Assembly: GCA_036679645.1 (NCBI GenBank) | Contig: JAZDCY010000012.1 | Span: forward strand, 97,206 to 161,205 | Direction: 5' to 3' | DNA from: Gemmatimonadota bacterium | GTDB taxonomy: Bacteria > Gemmatimonadota > Gemmatimonadetes > Gemmatimonadales > GWC2-71-9 | DNA length: 64,000 nt | Part shown: positions 52,003 through 62,098 of the stretch, one piece after another | Position numbering within the stretch: position 1 is the first letter of the stretch | Layout: each line of letters opens with the position of its first letter | Made by a program: the position numbers and the translations under genes | The notes under the pieces: model-generated | What the model saw: the letters and a program-made list of their open reading frames with translations, nothing else | What the model was told of the DNA's origin: nothing | Database searches by the model: none

Positions 52003-52674
52003 ATGCGGTTCTCGGGATTACCACCGATTGCATTGTTGTGTCTTACCGAACTCGGTTGTGGCGCTCAGCCGTCCGCACCGACACCGGGCCCCCCGGCCGC
52101 GATCCGCGCCGAGGCCGGAAACAACCAGACCGTCGATCCCCGAACATCGCAGCGTCTCACGACCCGTGTCACCGATGCACTGGGAACACCCGTTCCCGGT
52201 ATCGCGATCTCGTGGGATCTCTTGACCGGTACCGGCACGCTGGAACCGCGCACCGGCACCACCGACATTGGGGGCAAGACGTCCACGACGCTGTTCCTCA
52301 CCACCAAGCCATCGAATCGGGAGGTACGCGCAGCCGTCGTGGCCGACTCGACGCTCCGGGTCACGTTCACCGTGCTGGTCACAGGCCCGTCAGGCGCAGA
52401 GGAGCCCGATGTTGTAATCGCGGTGGGGGACAACTTCTTCCGGCCAAACTCTGTGTCCGCCGGTGTGGGGCAACTGGTGGAGTGGCGCTGGATAGGTACG
52501 ACGTTACACAACCTCGTCTTCGACGACACGACTCTGTGCGTGAGCCCTCGTGGTACCCGGCCGTGCCGGTTCTCCGTGGACGGGACGTGGAGGCATCGTT
52601 TTCAGCAGGCAGGCACTTTCGCGTACCGTTGCACATTGCATCTGGAGCAACGCGGGACCATCATCGCGCACTAG
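52003..52674 (+). CDS. Ig-like + cupredoxin (plastocyanin-like) putative lipoprotein
   Basis: ELGC after signal; VTDA.G.PVPG Ig-like; F.P, V.W, HN, AGTF.YRCTLH. Confidence 0.72.
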   Translation: MRFSGLPPIALLCLTELGCGAQPSAPTPGPPAAIRAEAGNNQTVDPRTSQRLTTRVTDALGTPVPGIAISWDLLTGTGTLEPRTGTTDIGGKTSTTLFLTTKPSNREVRAAVVADSTLRVTFTVLVTGPSGAEEPDVVIAVGDNFFRPNSVSAGVGQLVEWRWIGTTLHNLVFDDTTLCVSPRGTRPCRFSVDGTWRHRFQQAGTFAYRCTLHLEQRGTIIAH

Positions 52675-52723
52675 GAAATAAGGATTAATCGCCGCATCCA
52701 GGCGCCGAGGCAACGCTGGGACC

Positions 52724-53100
52724 TCAGCGTGATGGCACAGCCACGCGCAGCCGTCGCGCCTGCGTTGCCAGTGCCTTGTCCAGCGTCCAGAGCGATGCGC
52801 CCGCGATGAGTGCCGATGCGAGAAGGTGCGCATCGATCCATCCGATCCCCGTGCCCGCCAACGCGCGGCGCTCGACGAGCGCGAGCACCTCATGGTGTTC
52901 AGCGACGGGCGCTCCCGGGAGATTCTGCAGGTAGCCAAGGATCGTAGCTCGTGCCCGGAGGTTGCCGCACGCCAACTCCCCGAACACGAACGGGTGCACG
53001 ACCACCCGCCCGTGCTCCAGGAGATGAACCAGCTCGCCCTTTCCTTGCCGAAAGTGCTCAACCCAGACTGAGGTGTCGGCGAGGTGTCGGCGAGGATCAC
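52724..53100 (-). pseudogene. vapC: VapC PIN-domain toxin, frameshifted by an 11-bp tandem duplication
   Basis: MILADTS then shift; LADTSVWVEHF, GELACG, GIGWIDAHLLASA, LWTLD in the other frame. Confidence 0.88.
53070..53095. repeat. 11-bp tandem duplication
   Basis: GAGGTGTCGGC GAGGTGTCGGC GAGG. Confidence 0.95.
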
Positions 53101-53306
53101 CTGGGCGTACCGCGCCTGCCCGAACGACGACGCGGCACACTCCGCAGCGACCGCTCCGTCCCTCCCAGGGCCGCGAGCCGCCGCGCGCTTTCGCGAGCGA
53201 TGAGCGCCTCCAGTCCCGCGTGCACCAAGGCCGTCTTCTCGCTGATACGCGTGAGCTTGCGAGCGCGAGCAAGCAACTCGTCATCGATGTTGATGGTCGT
53301 TCGCAT
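53097..53306 (-). CDS. vapB: VapB antitoxin
   Basis: MRTTINIDDELL...KTALVHAGLEALIARE.ARRLAALGG; GTGA overlap with vapC. Confidence 0.9.
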   Translation of the reverse strand: MRTTINIDDELLARARKLTRISEKTALVHAGLEALIARESARRLAALGGTERSLRSVPRRRSGRRGTPR

Positions 53307-53335
53307 ATGTATCAGCATGCACATTTGATACATAT
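53305..53335. promoter_or_regulatory. Palindromic operator at the vapBC start
   Basis: ATATGTATCA-N11-TGATACATAT perfect 10-bp inverted repeat. Confidence 0.75.
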
Positions 53336-53454
53336 TGATCAAGGTTCCTGTCGCGGCTGCAAGAGACGATACCACAGCGCCCCGGCGCGAATGTCATCAC
53401 TTCGATGCACAAGAGGCGCATGCGCGTGCGTCAGTTACTCTCTACGAGACAGGT

Positions 53455-53946
53455 CTACGGCACCACACGGAATGCGTTGGACGCCCGCTCGTTGAGCGGC
53501 AACGGCATGGGGGGATCCGCGCTTGAGTACAGGTCCATCGTGATGCGATATATTCCGCCCACATCCAGCGGCGGGCTCCCGGGCCAAGCCCCGAAGTCTA
53601 TCCCGCCTGCGATGGTGTCTCGCCACACGGCGTCGAGCAACTGGTATCCGCACTCGGCGAACAGATTGTCCGGCTCCCACACCGCGTCCCGCCAGGCAGA
53701 TCCGTCCCACGACTGTACGCCAAATCCGAACGATGGGGGACAGTTGTACCAATAGAGGGGCGCCGACTGGAGCGCCACCGCCCGGAAGTTGACCGGCCGG
53801 TCGCCCGAGGCAGAGTAGACCGAGTCGGCGGTCTCAATGCGCACGATGACTGGCGCCGCCCTTTGTGGCAGCGGCTCGAGCGGCTCGCCGCACGCCGAGA
53901 ACAGCGCGACGACCAACACCCCGATTGCCATGTGCTGCAGCGTCAT
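53455..53946 (-). CDS. Hypothetical lipoprotein
   Basis: Signal ending LFSAC. Confidence 0.6.
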   Translation of the reverse strand: MTLQHMAIGVLVVALFSACGEPLEPLPQRAAPVIVRIETADSVYSASGDRPVNFRAVALQSAPLYWYNCPPSFGFGVQSWDGSAWRDAVWEPDNLFAECGYQLLDAVWRDTIAGGIDFGAWPGSPPLDVGGIYRITMDLYSSADPPMPLPLNERASNAFRVVP

Positions 53947-54099
53947 AGGAATCCCCCACCACTCTGCCGCGGGCAGTACGAGCCCGATCAGCTAAGTCCG
54001 ACACTTGCAACCATACCCGCGGGCCCACGCGTCGTGCCCTGCGGTCTCTTCAGGACCGCCTGCGTGACGAGTCCCGTCCCGCGCGGTAAGCTACTACCC

Positions 54100-54840
54100 A
54101 TGAAGCTCGACTTTCGCGGTAAGACGGCGCTCGTCACCGGAGCATCCCGGGGAATCGGACACCGCATCGCGACGGACCTCGCGGCGTGCGGGGCAAAGCT
54201 GATCGTCACGTCGACCACACCGGAACCGGGAGCAGAACTGGTTCAGGAGTTTGGGCCGGACACGCAACACGTCGCGGTGGATTTCGCCGACCGCGCGAGC
54301 ACTTCAGACTTCCTTGTATTCGTCCGCGCGCTCCCAGACCTCCACGTGTGCATCAACAACGCCGGAGCCACTCGGCACGGCCCGCTAGAGGAAGCGTCGG
54401 AGGAGGATTGGGACCTGACCAACGACGTGAACCTCAAGGCGCCGTTCTTCGTGAGCCAGGCGGCGGCCGAGGTAATGAAACGGGGTGGCTACGGTCGCAT
54501 CGTGAACGTGGCCTCCATCTGGGCTCACATCACTATGGCCGGCCGGTCCATCTACACGGCCACCAAGTTCGGCCTGCGCGGTCTGACGCTGAGCTACGCG
54601 CTCGAGTTGGCACGAGCGAACGTGTTGGTAAACGTGGTTTCACCAGGATTCACGCTGACGGACATGGTGCAGCGTAACTACTCCAAGGAACAACTGGCCG
54701 AGTTGGAGTCAAGCATCCCAATGGGACGCCTGGGGACCGTCGACGACATCTCGCGCGCCGTGTTGTTCCTGACGAGCGATCTCAACTCGTACATCACCGG
54801 ACAGAGCCTGGTGGTAGATGGGGGCTACAGCATCACATGA
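54100..54840 (+). CDS. SDR oxidoreductase (FabG-like)
   Basis: TGASRGIG, NNAG, YTATK, VDGG. Confidence 0.9.
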   Translation: MKLDFRGKTALVTGASRGIGHRIATDLAACGAKLIVTSTTPEPGAELVQEFGPDTQHVAVDFADRASTSDFLVFVRALPDLHVCINNAGATRHGPLEEASEEDWDLTNDVNLKAPFFVSQAAAEVMKRGGYGRIVNVASIWAHITMAGRSIYTATKFGLRGLTLSYALELARANVLVNVVSPGFTLTDMVQRNYSKEQLAELESSIPMGRLGTVDDISRAVLFLTSDLNSYITGQSLVVDGGYSIT

Positions 54841-54945
54841 GCCCGAACGACACGCTCCGCGTTTCACGCGACTCACTGTCCACGTGGAACCTCTACACCA
54901 CGCCGCAAGATGTGCACGTCGAGACGGGCCGCGGGTGCCTCGTTT
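54837..54945 (+). pseudogene. Truncated gene coupled to the SDR
   Basis: ATGA overlap; about 36 GC-rich codons (...VHVETGRGCL), then an abrupt AT-richer promoter region. Confidence 0.45.
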
Positions 54946-54962
54946 CTCGTCGACTAGAATTC

Positions 54963-54991
54963 TTGACCTACCACATTTTGCGTTGTACATT
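54963..54991 (+). promoter_or_regulatory. Sigma70-like promoter upstream of the pyrE leader
   Basis: TTGACC-17 bp-TACATT. Confidence 0.6.
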
Positions 54992-55084
54992 GGTAACCCA
55001 ATGCTGCACATTGGTTTAGGGTCTTGCCCCAACACGCACCAGCTCCCACTGGAACAACCGATTCGCGTTATCGTAGTTTCTTGT

Positions 55085-55129
55085 AGAGGCGCATGACGCC
55101 TCTCTCATCAAGATGTCGGCGTTTTTTTT
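55085..55129 (+). terminator. Attenuator-like alternative hairpins with T8 tail upstream of pyrE
   Basis: AGAGGCG-CATGA-CGCCTCT competes with ACGCC(55096-100)/GGCGT(55118-122) + T8. Confidence 0.6.
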
Positions 55130-55145
55130 GTAGCTAGGAGAGAAC

Positions 55146-55733
55146 GTGAGCCCCAGAAATCAAGAGCTCTTGCAGCTGCTGAGGTCCCTCGCATACCAAG
55201 AGGGTAAGTTCGAGCTCTCTTCCGGCGGCGAGAGCGATTACTACATAGATGCAAAGACCGTAACACAGCACCCAAGAGGTGCGGAACTCGTTGCTGAATC
55301 GATTCTAGAGCTCCTGCAACGGTACAAAGTGGAAGCCGTCGGCGGACCAATCCTTGGAGCAGTTCCAATCGCCACAGCGGTTGCGATGTTGTCCGGGCAG
55401 AAGGGGTCACCGCTTCCGGCATTCTTCGTACGCAAGGACGTTAAGCCTCACGGACTTCACAAGTGGATCGAGGGTCGTGTTCCGAACGGTGCCACGGTGG
55501 CGCTTGTCGACGACGTTATCACGTCCGGCCAATCGGTAATCGAGGCGGTGAACCGCGCACAGCAAGCGGGCTACAACGTAGCAGTAGTGATCGGCCTGGT
55601 CGATCGTGAATCGGGTGGACGTGAGGCAATCGAGTCTCTGGGTATCAAATACGAGAGTGTGTTCTCCATCGCCGATTTGCGCTCGCGCAGCATTGGGACA
55701 GCCAGCAATCCGCAGATGCCTGCACATGCGTGA
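55146..55733 (+). CDS. pyrE: Orotate phosphoribosyltransferase
   Basis: F.LSSG..S.YYID, GGP.LGAVP, VRK..K.HG, VDDVITSG, VDR; SD AGGAG. Confidence 0.92.
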   Translation: MSPRNQELLQLLRSLAYQEGKFELSSGGESDYYIDAKTVTQHPRGAELVAESILELLQRYKVEAVGGPILGAVPIATAVAMLSGQKGSPLPAFFVRKDVKPHGLHKWIEGRVPNGATVALVDDVITSGQSVIEAVNRAQQAGYNVAVVIGLVDRESGGREAIESLGIKYESVFSIADLRSRSIGTASNPQMPAHA

Positions 55734-56046
55734 TGCCGTCAACCCGTCCAATCCTTGACGGAGGGTTCTCCGCCGATACCCTCGAGCGGATCAGCACCCA
55801 ATGCTACGATGACGACGAATCGGCCGCCTTTCCGGTGGCCGTCGTCGTTTTGGCTCACGTCACGGGATCCATCGCCAACGACCTACGCGACCGGCCCGTA
55901 GACACTGACGAGTCGAGGCAGTTAGGACACCCATCGAGCCACCAGTCTGATCGCGCTTGGAGGCAGTGCCGGCGAGGCGCAGCTGCGACGTGGCGGAGCG
56001 AATGTCGATCCTGTCGCATGCGTTCTTGGTATGGCGGGAGAGTTGA
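55730..56046 (+). pseudogene. Small hypothetical gene coupled to pyrE, probably frameshifted
   Basis: Overlapping start; protein-like for about 65 codons; a plausible C-terminus (...ILSHAFLVWRES*) lies in another frame. Confidence 0.3.
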
Positions 56047-56212
56047 CCAATCCGGGCTGGTATCTCTGTTAGAAGACAACTTGCTCCGGGATGAAGGATG
56101 CTCAAATCGGAGACACCTAAGTGGTTGGTACGAAAGAGGCGCCGGGCAGACTCGGATCCGGCGTCGCGAGCCGCCAGGCGAGCGACAAGGACGAGGACGC
56201 GCGGCGCCAACG

Positions 56213-56241
56213 CAAACGGGCCCGCATGCGCGGCCCGTTTG
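56213..56241. terminator. Strong hairpin, likely terminator next to the tRNA remnant
   Basis: CAAACGGGCC-N9-GGCCCGTTTG. Confidence 0.7.
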
Positions 56242-56264
56242 AGAGGCGAATAGAGGTTTTGCAG
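56241..56264 (-). other. tRNA-Cys(GCA) 3' fragment, putative att site
   Basis: Minus strand CTGCAAA-ACCTC-TATT-CGCCTC: anticodon loop, 3' anticodon stem, variable loop and acceptor end; T-arm absent. Confidence 0.6.
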
Positions 56265-56508
56265 TTCTGTCCGACCCTTGCATTATTGTCCCGCCGTTTC
56301 GTAAACCGCTGTCGCTCCAAGACCTTTGAGGAAGCGTCCCTTGCGCCGGTTTGCGCCTCGTTGCATCCCTTGACGACACAACCTTCCCAGAATCTTCCCA
56401 CCCGACCGATCCACAACGCGGTGGATCGCCGGGCCGCAGACGTGTGCGAGGCGGATGATGACCCGCCGTCAGTAGGGTGGGTAGCTACCTGAGGAGAACT
56501 CCCCCAAG

Positions 56509-58584
56509 ATGTCCTCGAGAAGGCACAACGACACACCAGCTCCAGGCAGCCCGCACGGTCCGGGAAACCCGCACCCACTCTCGACGCTCAAGACGGAGTT
56601 GGTGTGGGAGGGAAAGTACGACGAGTTCGGCAACCGCCGGGAGGTTGACGCGGCCGGGCTTGCCATGCCTCTCCAACGCATTGAGACGGTGGATGAGCCC
56701 CGCGCCCGCACAGAAGCGCAAGGAGGTCTGTTCGATACCAAGAAGGCACACCTCGATGACTTTCGGAACATGCTCATCTGGGGCGATAACAAGCTCGTGC
56801 TCGCGTCGCTTCTGAAGAGCTTCCGCGGCAGCGTGGATCTCATCTATATCGACCCACCTTTCGATGTGGGCGCCGACTTCAGTATGAGCGTCGGCATTGG
56901 TGACGGACGTGAACTGACCGTCAAAGAACAGTCGGTGCTGGAGATGGTGGCGTACAGGGATACGTGGGGGAAAGGAACCGACTCCTACCTCCATATGCTC
57001 TTTGAGCGACTAGCATTGATGCGTGACTTATTGAGCGAACGGGGAACCATTTTCGTCCATGTCGGTTGGGAAGTATCACACTACGTGAAGGGCGTCCTGG
57101 ATGATGTGTTTGGATCGAACCACTTCCTGAACCAGGTAATCTGGAAGCGCCAGACTGCTCACAGCGACATTGGCCAGGGCTCCCGGCACTTCGGCCGCAT
57201 ACACGATGTGATCTTCCTCTACATGAAGGGCGATGAATACACTTGGAACATGCAGTACACACCCTATTCGGAGGAGTATATCGACTCGTTCTATAAACAC
57301 GTTGAGCCCGAGACGGGACGCCGCTATCAACTCGGCGATACGACCGGACCAGGTGGCGCTGCGAAAGGGAACCCGCACTACGAGTTCCTCGGAGTCACCC
57401 GCTACTGGCGATTCAGAAAGGAGCGGATGGAGGAGCTGTACAGGCAGGGACGAATTGTACAAACATCACCCGGAGCGGTTCCCAGACAGAAACGCTACCT
57501 TGACGAGATGCAGGGTGTTCCACTCCAGGATCTTTGGCTGGACATCAACACCGTTCAACCGCAATCGACCGAACGCGTGGGCTATGAGACGCAGAAGCCC
57601 GAAGCCCTGCTGGAACGGGTCATCGAATTGAGTTCTAATCCCGGTGATCTGGTGGCGGATTTTTTCTGTGGTTCTGGAACTACAGGGGCGGTCGCCGAGG
57701 CTCTCGGCCGTCGTTGGATAATGGCCGATCTCGGTCGCTTCGCTGTTCATACGTCCCGCAAGCGGATGATCGAAATCCAGCGCAAGCTCCATGGCGGGGA
57801 AAAGCCGTACCGAGCTTTTGATGTGTTGAATCTCGGGCGCTACGAACGCCAGTGGTGGCAGCGCGAGCACCTGAAAGGCGCGGATGAAGAGCACCGACGT
57901 GTAGTGTTGGAGTTCTACAAGGCTGAGCGCCTGCCGCAATCACCTTCTCCGCTGATCCATGGACGCAAGGGATCCGCGCTTTGTCATGTGGACGGCATCG
58001 ACAGCATCTTCACGCGAGAGGAAGCGAAGGCGGTCGCGCGCGCCGCGAAGGGGGCCGGTGGCAAGGAGGTCGCCTGCCTCGCGTGGGAGTTTGAGATGGG
58101 TCTACGGATGGTTTGCGACGCGCTGGAGCGGGAACTAGGCGTCCGCATCAAACTCATCCAGATCCCACGAGAGATCATGGAGAGGAACCGGAAGGAACCT
58201 CCACCGTTCCTTGAAGTCGCCACCCTAGAAGCAGAGCCCGTCTACAGGACCGTGGATGGGAAGCGCACGGTAGACATCAAGCTCGAACGGTTCATCCCAT
58301 CCCTCGCTGAGGTCCCCACAAAGGAACTCGAGGCACTCCAGGAACGTGCCGTCAAGAGCGGTTTCGACTTCATCGACTTCTGGGCGGTGGACTTCGACTA
58401 CCAGAACGGGGGCCCCTTCAATCACCACTGGCAAGACTACCGCACACGGAAGGACCGATCACTCAAGACGGTCTCTGAGCAGGCTTACACCTATCCCAAG
58501 AAGGGACACTACTCAGCCTGCGTGAAAGTGGTGGACATTTTCGGGTGCGACACATCCATCTCCGTCCCAGTGGTCTGTGCCTGA
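56509..58584 (+). CDS. mod: Type III R-M methyltransferase (Mod)
   Basis: LIYIDPPF (motif IV) before TQKPE and DFFCGSGTT (motif I), beta-class; long C-terminal extension. Confidence 0.9.
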   Translation: MSSRRHNDTPAPGSPHGPGNPHPLSTLKTELVWEGKYDEFGNRREVDAAGLAMPLQRIETVDEPRARTEAQGGLFDTKKAHLDDFRNMLIWGDNKLVLASLLKSFRGSVDLIYIDPPFDVGADFSMSVGIGDGRELTVKEQSVLEMVAYRDTWGKGTDSYLHMLFERLALMRDLLSERGTIFVHVGWEVSHYVKGVLDDVFGSNHFLNQVIWKRQTAHSDIGQGSRHFGRIHDVIFLYMKGDEYTWNMQYTPYSEEYIDSFYKHVEPETGRRYQLGDTTGPGGAAKGNPHYEFLGVTRYWRFRKERMEELYRQGRIVQTSPGAVPRQKRYLDEMQGVPLQDLWLDINTVQPQSTERVGYETQKPEALLERVIELSSNPGDLVADFFCGSGTTGAVAEALGRRWIMADLGRFAVHTSRKRMIEIQRKLHGGEKPYRAFDVLNLGRYERQWWQREHLKGADEEHRRVVLEFYKAERLPQSPSPLIHGRKGSALCHVDGIDSIFTREEAKAVARAAKGAGGKEVACLAWEFEMGLRMVCDALERELGVRIKLIQIPREIMERNRKEPPPFLEVATLEAEPVYRTVDGKRTVDIKLERFIPSLAEVPTKELEALQERAVKSGFDFIDFWAVDFDYQNGGPFNHHWQDYRTRKDRSLKTVSEQAYTYPKKGHYSACVKVVDIFGCDTSISVPVVCA

Positions 58585-61500
58585 CACAATCGTCAACCCC
58601 GCGGCCCTCGAACCGCTCTTCGGTCCATCGGACGTCCCTAACCAGCATCGCGTTCGTGCGGAAGTCGCGGGCGCTCAGGCGAAAGCGGTGAACGGGCGGC
58701 GGCCGACAACGATCGCGATCGCCCAGAGCTTGAGACGCCACGTCGCCGAGTGGCGCGAGGCGCAGTACGGTGGCGCCTCGGATACGACGATCGAGCTTCT
58801 GCACCACTGGTTCCGAACCGATCACGACGTCCAGGGCCCAGACGGGATTCAGATTCCCTTCAGCTACTACTTCTGCCAGCGCGAGGCGATAGAGACACTC
58901 GTCTATCTGTATGAAGTGCGGGGCGTTCGTACCCTCTCCGGCCTTACCGCGGAATTCGGCGGGCCCGATAGCGAGATCGCGGCGCTCGGGACCAGCCCGG
59001 ATGAAGACCTGTGGTCACGCTATGCATTCAAGGTGGCGACCGGCGCCGGCAAGACAAAGATCATGAGCCTCGCGATCGTGTGGAGCTACTTCCATGCGCT
59101 GCGCGAATCAGACTCGCCGATGGCGCGCCACTTTGTGATCATCGCGCCTGGCATCACCGTTTTTGAACGGCTCAAGGAAGATTTCGGCCACGGCCGAATT
59201 TTCGATCGGGACCCACTCATCCCGAGCGCCTGGCGCGGAGACTGGAACGTCTCGGTGGTTCTCCAAGACGAGGCGGGTGGGGCAGCGACCGGGGGGGTAG
59301 TCTACCTCACGAACATCCACCGGCTCCGCGACCCGAAGGCGCGACGGGGCAAAAACGCCGAAACTTACGACTTCATGGGCCCGGCAGTCTCCAAGGCGAA
59401 GGCGTTAGACACCGCAAAGGCGCTGCGGGACCGGATCACGTCGCACCCCCACCTGATGGTGTTGAACGACGAGGCACACCACGTCTGGGATCCCGAGTCC
59501 GCGTGGAACGAGGCCATATCCTTCCTGCACGAGACTAGCCGCAAGCGCGGCGGGGGGCTTGTCGCCCAGCTCGACCTCTCAGCTACACCGAAGGACAGCA
59601 AGGGAAACGTTTTCCGTCACGTCGTGTGTGATACCCCGCTCGGCGAGGCCGTAGATGCGGGCATCGTGAAGACGCCAGTCATCGGACATGGGGACCAGTT
59701 GGTCGAACGCGCCCACGCGGACGCTGCCTACAGGTACGAGAACCACCTCACGCTCGGCTACCGTCGGTGGCTCGCCTCGATGAAGGAGTGGGAGAGAAGC
59801 GGGAAGAAGGCGTTGCTCTTCGTCATGACCGAGAGCACAGCGGCGGCCGACCAGATTGCCCATCGGTTGAATACCGATCCCTTCTTCAGGGAGCTGAACG
59901 GGAAGACTGTCAATCTCCATACGAATCTGAAGGGAAAGCTCAAGAAGCGCGGTCGCGGAGCGACAGCCTACTACGAGTTCATCGAGAACGAGAAGAGCAT
60001 CAGCGACGACGACCTGCGCGAGTTGCGCAAGCTTTCGCGAGAACTGGACGACAGCACCAGTCCCTACCGCTGTATCGTCTCAGTGTTGATGCTGCGTGAA
60101 GGGTGGGACGTGAGGAACGTCACGACGATCGTTCCGCTGCGCCCGCTTTCAGCTCAAGCCAAGATCCTTCCGGAACAGACACTCGGACGTGGCCTGCGCC
60201 GCATGATCCCTGCCGGTACCGGACAGGTAGCCGAAGTCGTTACGGTGGTCGAGCATAGAGCCTTCCTGGATTTGTACAAGGGGGAGTTGAGCCAGGAGGG
60301 GCTACCGATCGAGGTCGTGGACATCGACAAGGTCCCCCGCACGACCGTCACGATCTACCCCGACACCCAGAACAAGGACCTCGAGAAGCTCGACATCCTC
60401 ATCCCTCGGCTCTCACCTGGCTACCGGATCGATTCCTCGCTGGATGCGCTCTCGTTCGACGAGGTAGCGGAGTCTTTCTCCAAACAGTTCAAGCCGCTAC
60501 CACTCGGCACGCGGTCCAAGGACGAGATCAAGTACGAAGGCCGGCACATGATTACCCCACCTGCTCACCGACGGCATGGGGGCCATCTCGTTCTTTCGGG
60601 AAGAGCTTGAGCGAGCCGCCCGAATCCGGGGACAGCACGCGACCCTGGCGCCGCATATTCAACGATTCCTAGAAGAGGTCCTGTTCGGCCAACGTGTGGA
60701 TCTGTACGACCCTCGGGTCGTCGGCCGTCTTTCGGACCCCGACGTACGGGAGCACATCCGCGCCACCTTCCTGCCATTGATCCTCAAGAGCATCACGCGC
60801 CGCAAGGATCGCCTGCCCGAGGAAGCGCCGCGATCGGTGACGGCGTGGGCTCCGTTCCAGGCAACCCACTCCGAGCGACGACCGACGGAAAGCTCGGCTA
60901 GAACCGCGTTCAACCTCGTGCCATGCGACAACCAACTCGAAGTCGCGATGACACAGTTCCTTTCGTTCGCCGGCGACGTCGATGTCGCCGCGTTCGCAAA
61001 GAACTCCGGACCCCAGGCGCTTCGTATTGACTATCTCAACGCCGAAGGAAGGCGCGCGACCTACACGCCGGACTTTCTTATCCGGAAGACTGACGGTCAG
61101 TACCTGCTGTCCGAGACGAAGGGACGCGCGGACCGGGACGTGGCTGCCAAGGCACGTGCGGCCGTTGAGTGGTGCAAGGCAGCCTCTTCCAAGAAGGTGA
61201 AGTGGGAGTACCTGTACGTTCCCGAAAAGGTATTCGAGCAGGTGCGGGGGAACTCGGTGGAGGAACTCGCGCGGGCCTGCGCACCTGCCCTGGTTCAGCT
61301 ACTCAAGGATGCCGCTACGCCACAGCTCGCCCTCAACTTCGAGGCGGGTTCAGAGGAGCGCCTTGCCGAGCAGACCCAGGAGTTCATCGACGCGAAGGTG
61401 CTCGCCTCCCTTCCGTCTCGCTACCGAAAGGCAATCGAGCACGCTGTCGCCCTCTTCCACTTTCACAAGCAGAAAGAGAAAGTCTCGTTCGGCCCAATCT

Positions 61501-61967
61501 TCCAGCCGTTGCTGGGACCGATCGACCACGCCGCGGAGGCGCTGATGTTGAAGCGGCTCGGGGAGGAGGTACCGTCGGAGGCCGAGGCACAGAAGCACTT
61601 CTTTGAACCCGACATGGCCCGGACCAAGAAGTCGAGTATCAAGTACCTGACGGAGAGAGCAAACACCCTTAAGAAGCTCCTAGTCTATCGAAGCCCTCTT
61701 ATGCCCACGGGCGCCCTGTCATTCTGCTTCGACTATGCCGCTAAGGTCGCCGAGGAGCCATTGCCGGGTATTTATGCTGCGGTCCGGGGACGGTTCGCGG
61801 CAATGTCGGGCACAGGCCTACCGAAACGCGTTAGAGAAGTCTACGACTTCCGGAATACCTACATCGCACATGAGAAGGTGGTGCTCAAGGACGCGGCGAC
61901 GACCCGGGAGGCGCTCGGTCAGTGGATTGATACCCTCGTCGCCCTTCACGAAGCGGCCGCCAGTTGA
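58577..61967 (+). pseudogene. res: Type III R-M Res (SF2 ATPase + PD-(D/E)xK + C-terminal HEPN-like domain), split by a frameshift near 60555
   Basis: ATGAGKT, DEAHH, SATP, LREGWDV, QTLGRGLR in ORF 58577-60610; YTPDF...ETKG and FRNTYIAH in ORF 60576-61967. Confidence 0.85.
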
Positions 61968-62098
61968 GTGTGGGCAACGTCTCAGCTAGCGGACGGCCTC
62001 GAACGTCCTTAGGCGGCACGGGCTGTCGCCCCTTCAACCATGAGTGCAGATTCATCACGTAGCTGAGATACAAGGCGGCGCCCAACCTGCTTCATCGT

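Noticed and set aside
52724..53284. 186-aa extended VapC ORF
   Set aside because: The extension is an alternate frame of vapB joined on by the 11-bp duplication
56117..56578. ORFs spanning the att region
   Set aside because: They cross a terminator, the tRNA fragment and repeats; not protein-like
61971..62086. Complete attC site
   Set aside because: Core sites are in the wrong order (GCCCAAC is at the right end); kept only as an inverted-repeat observation
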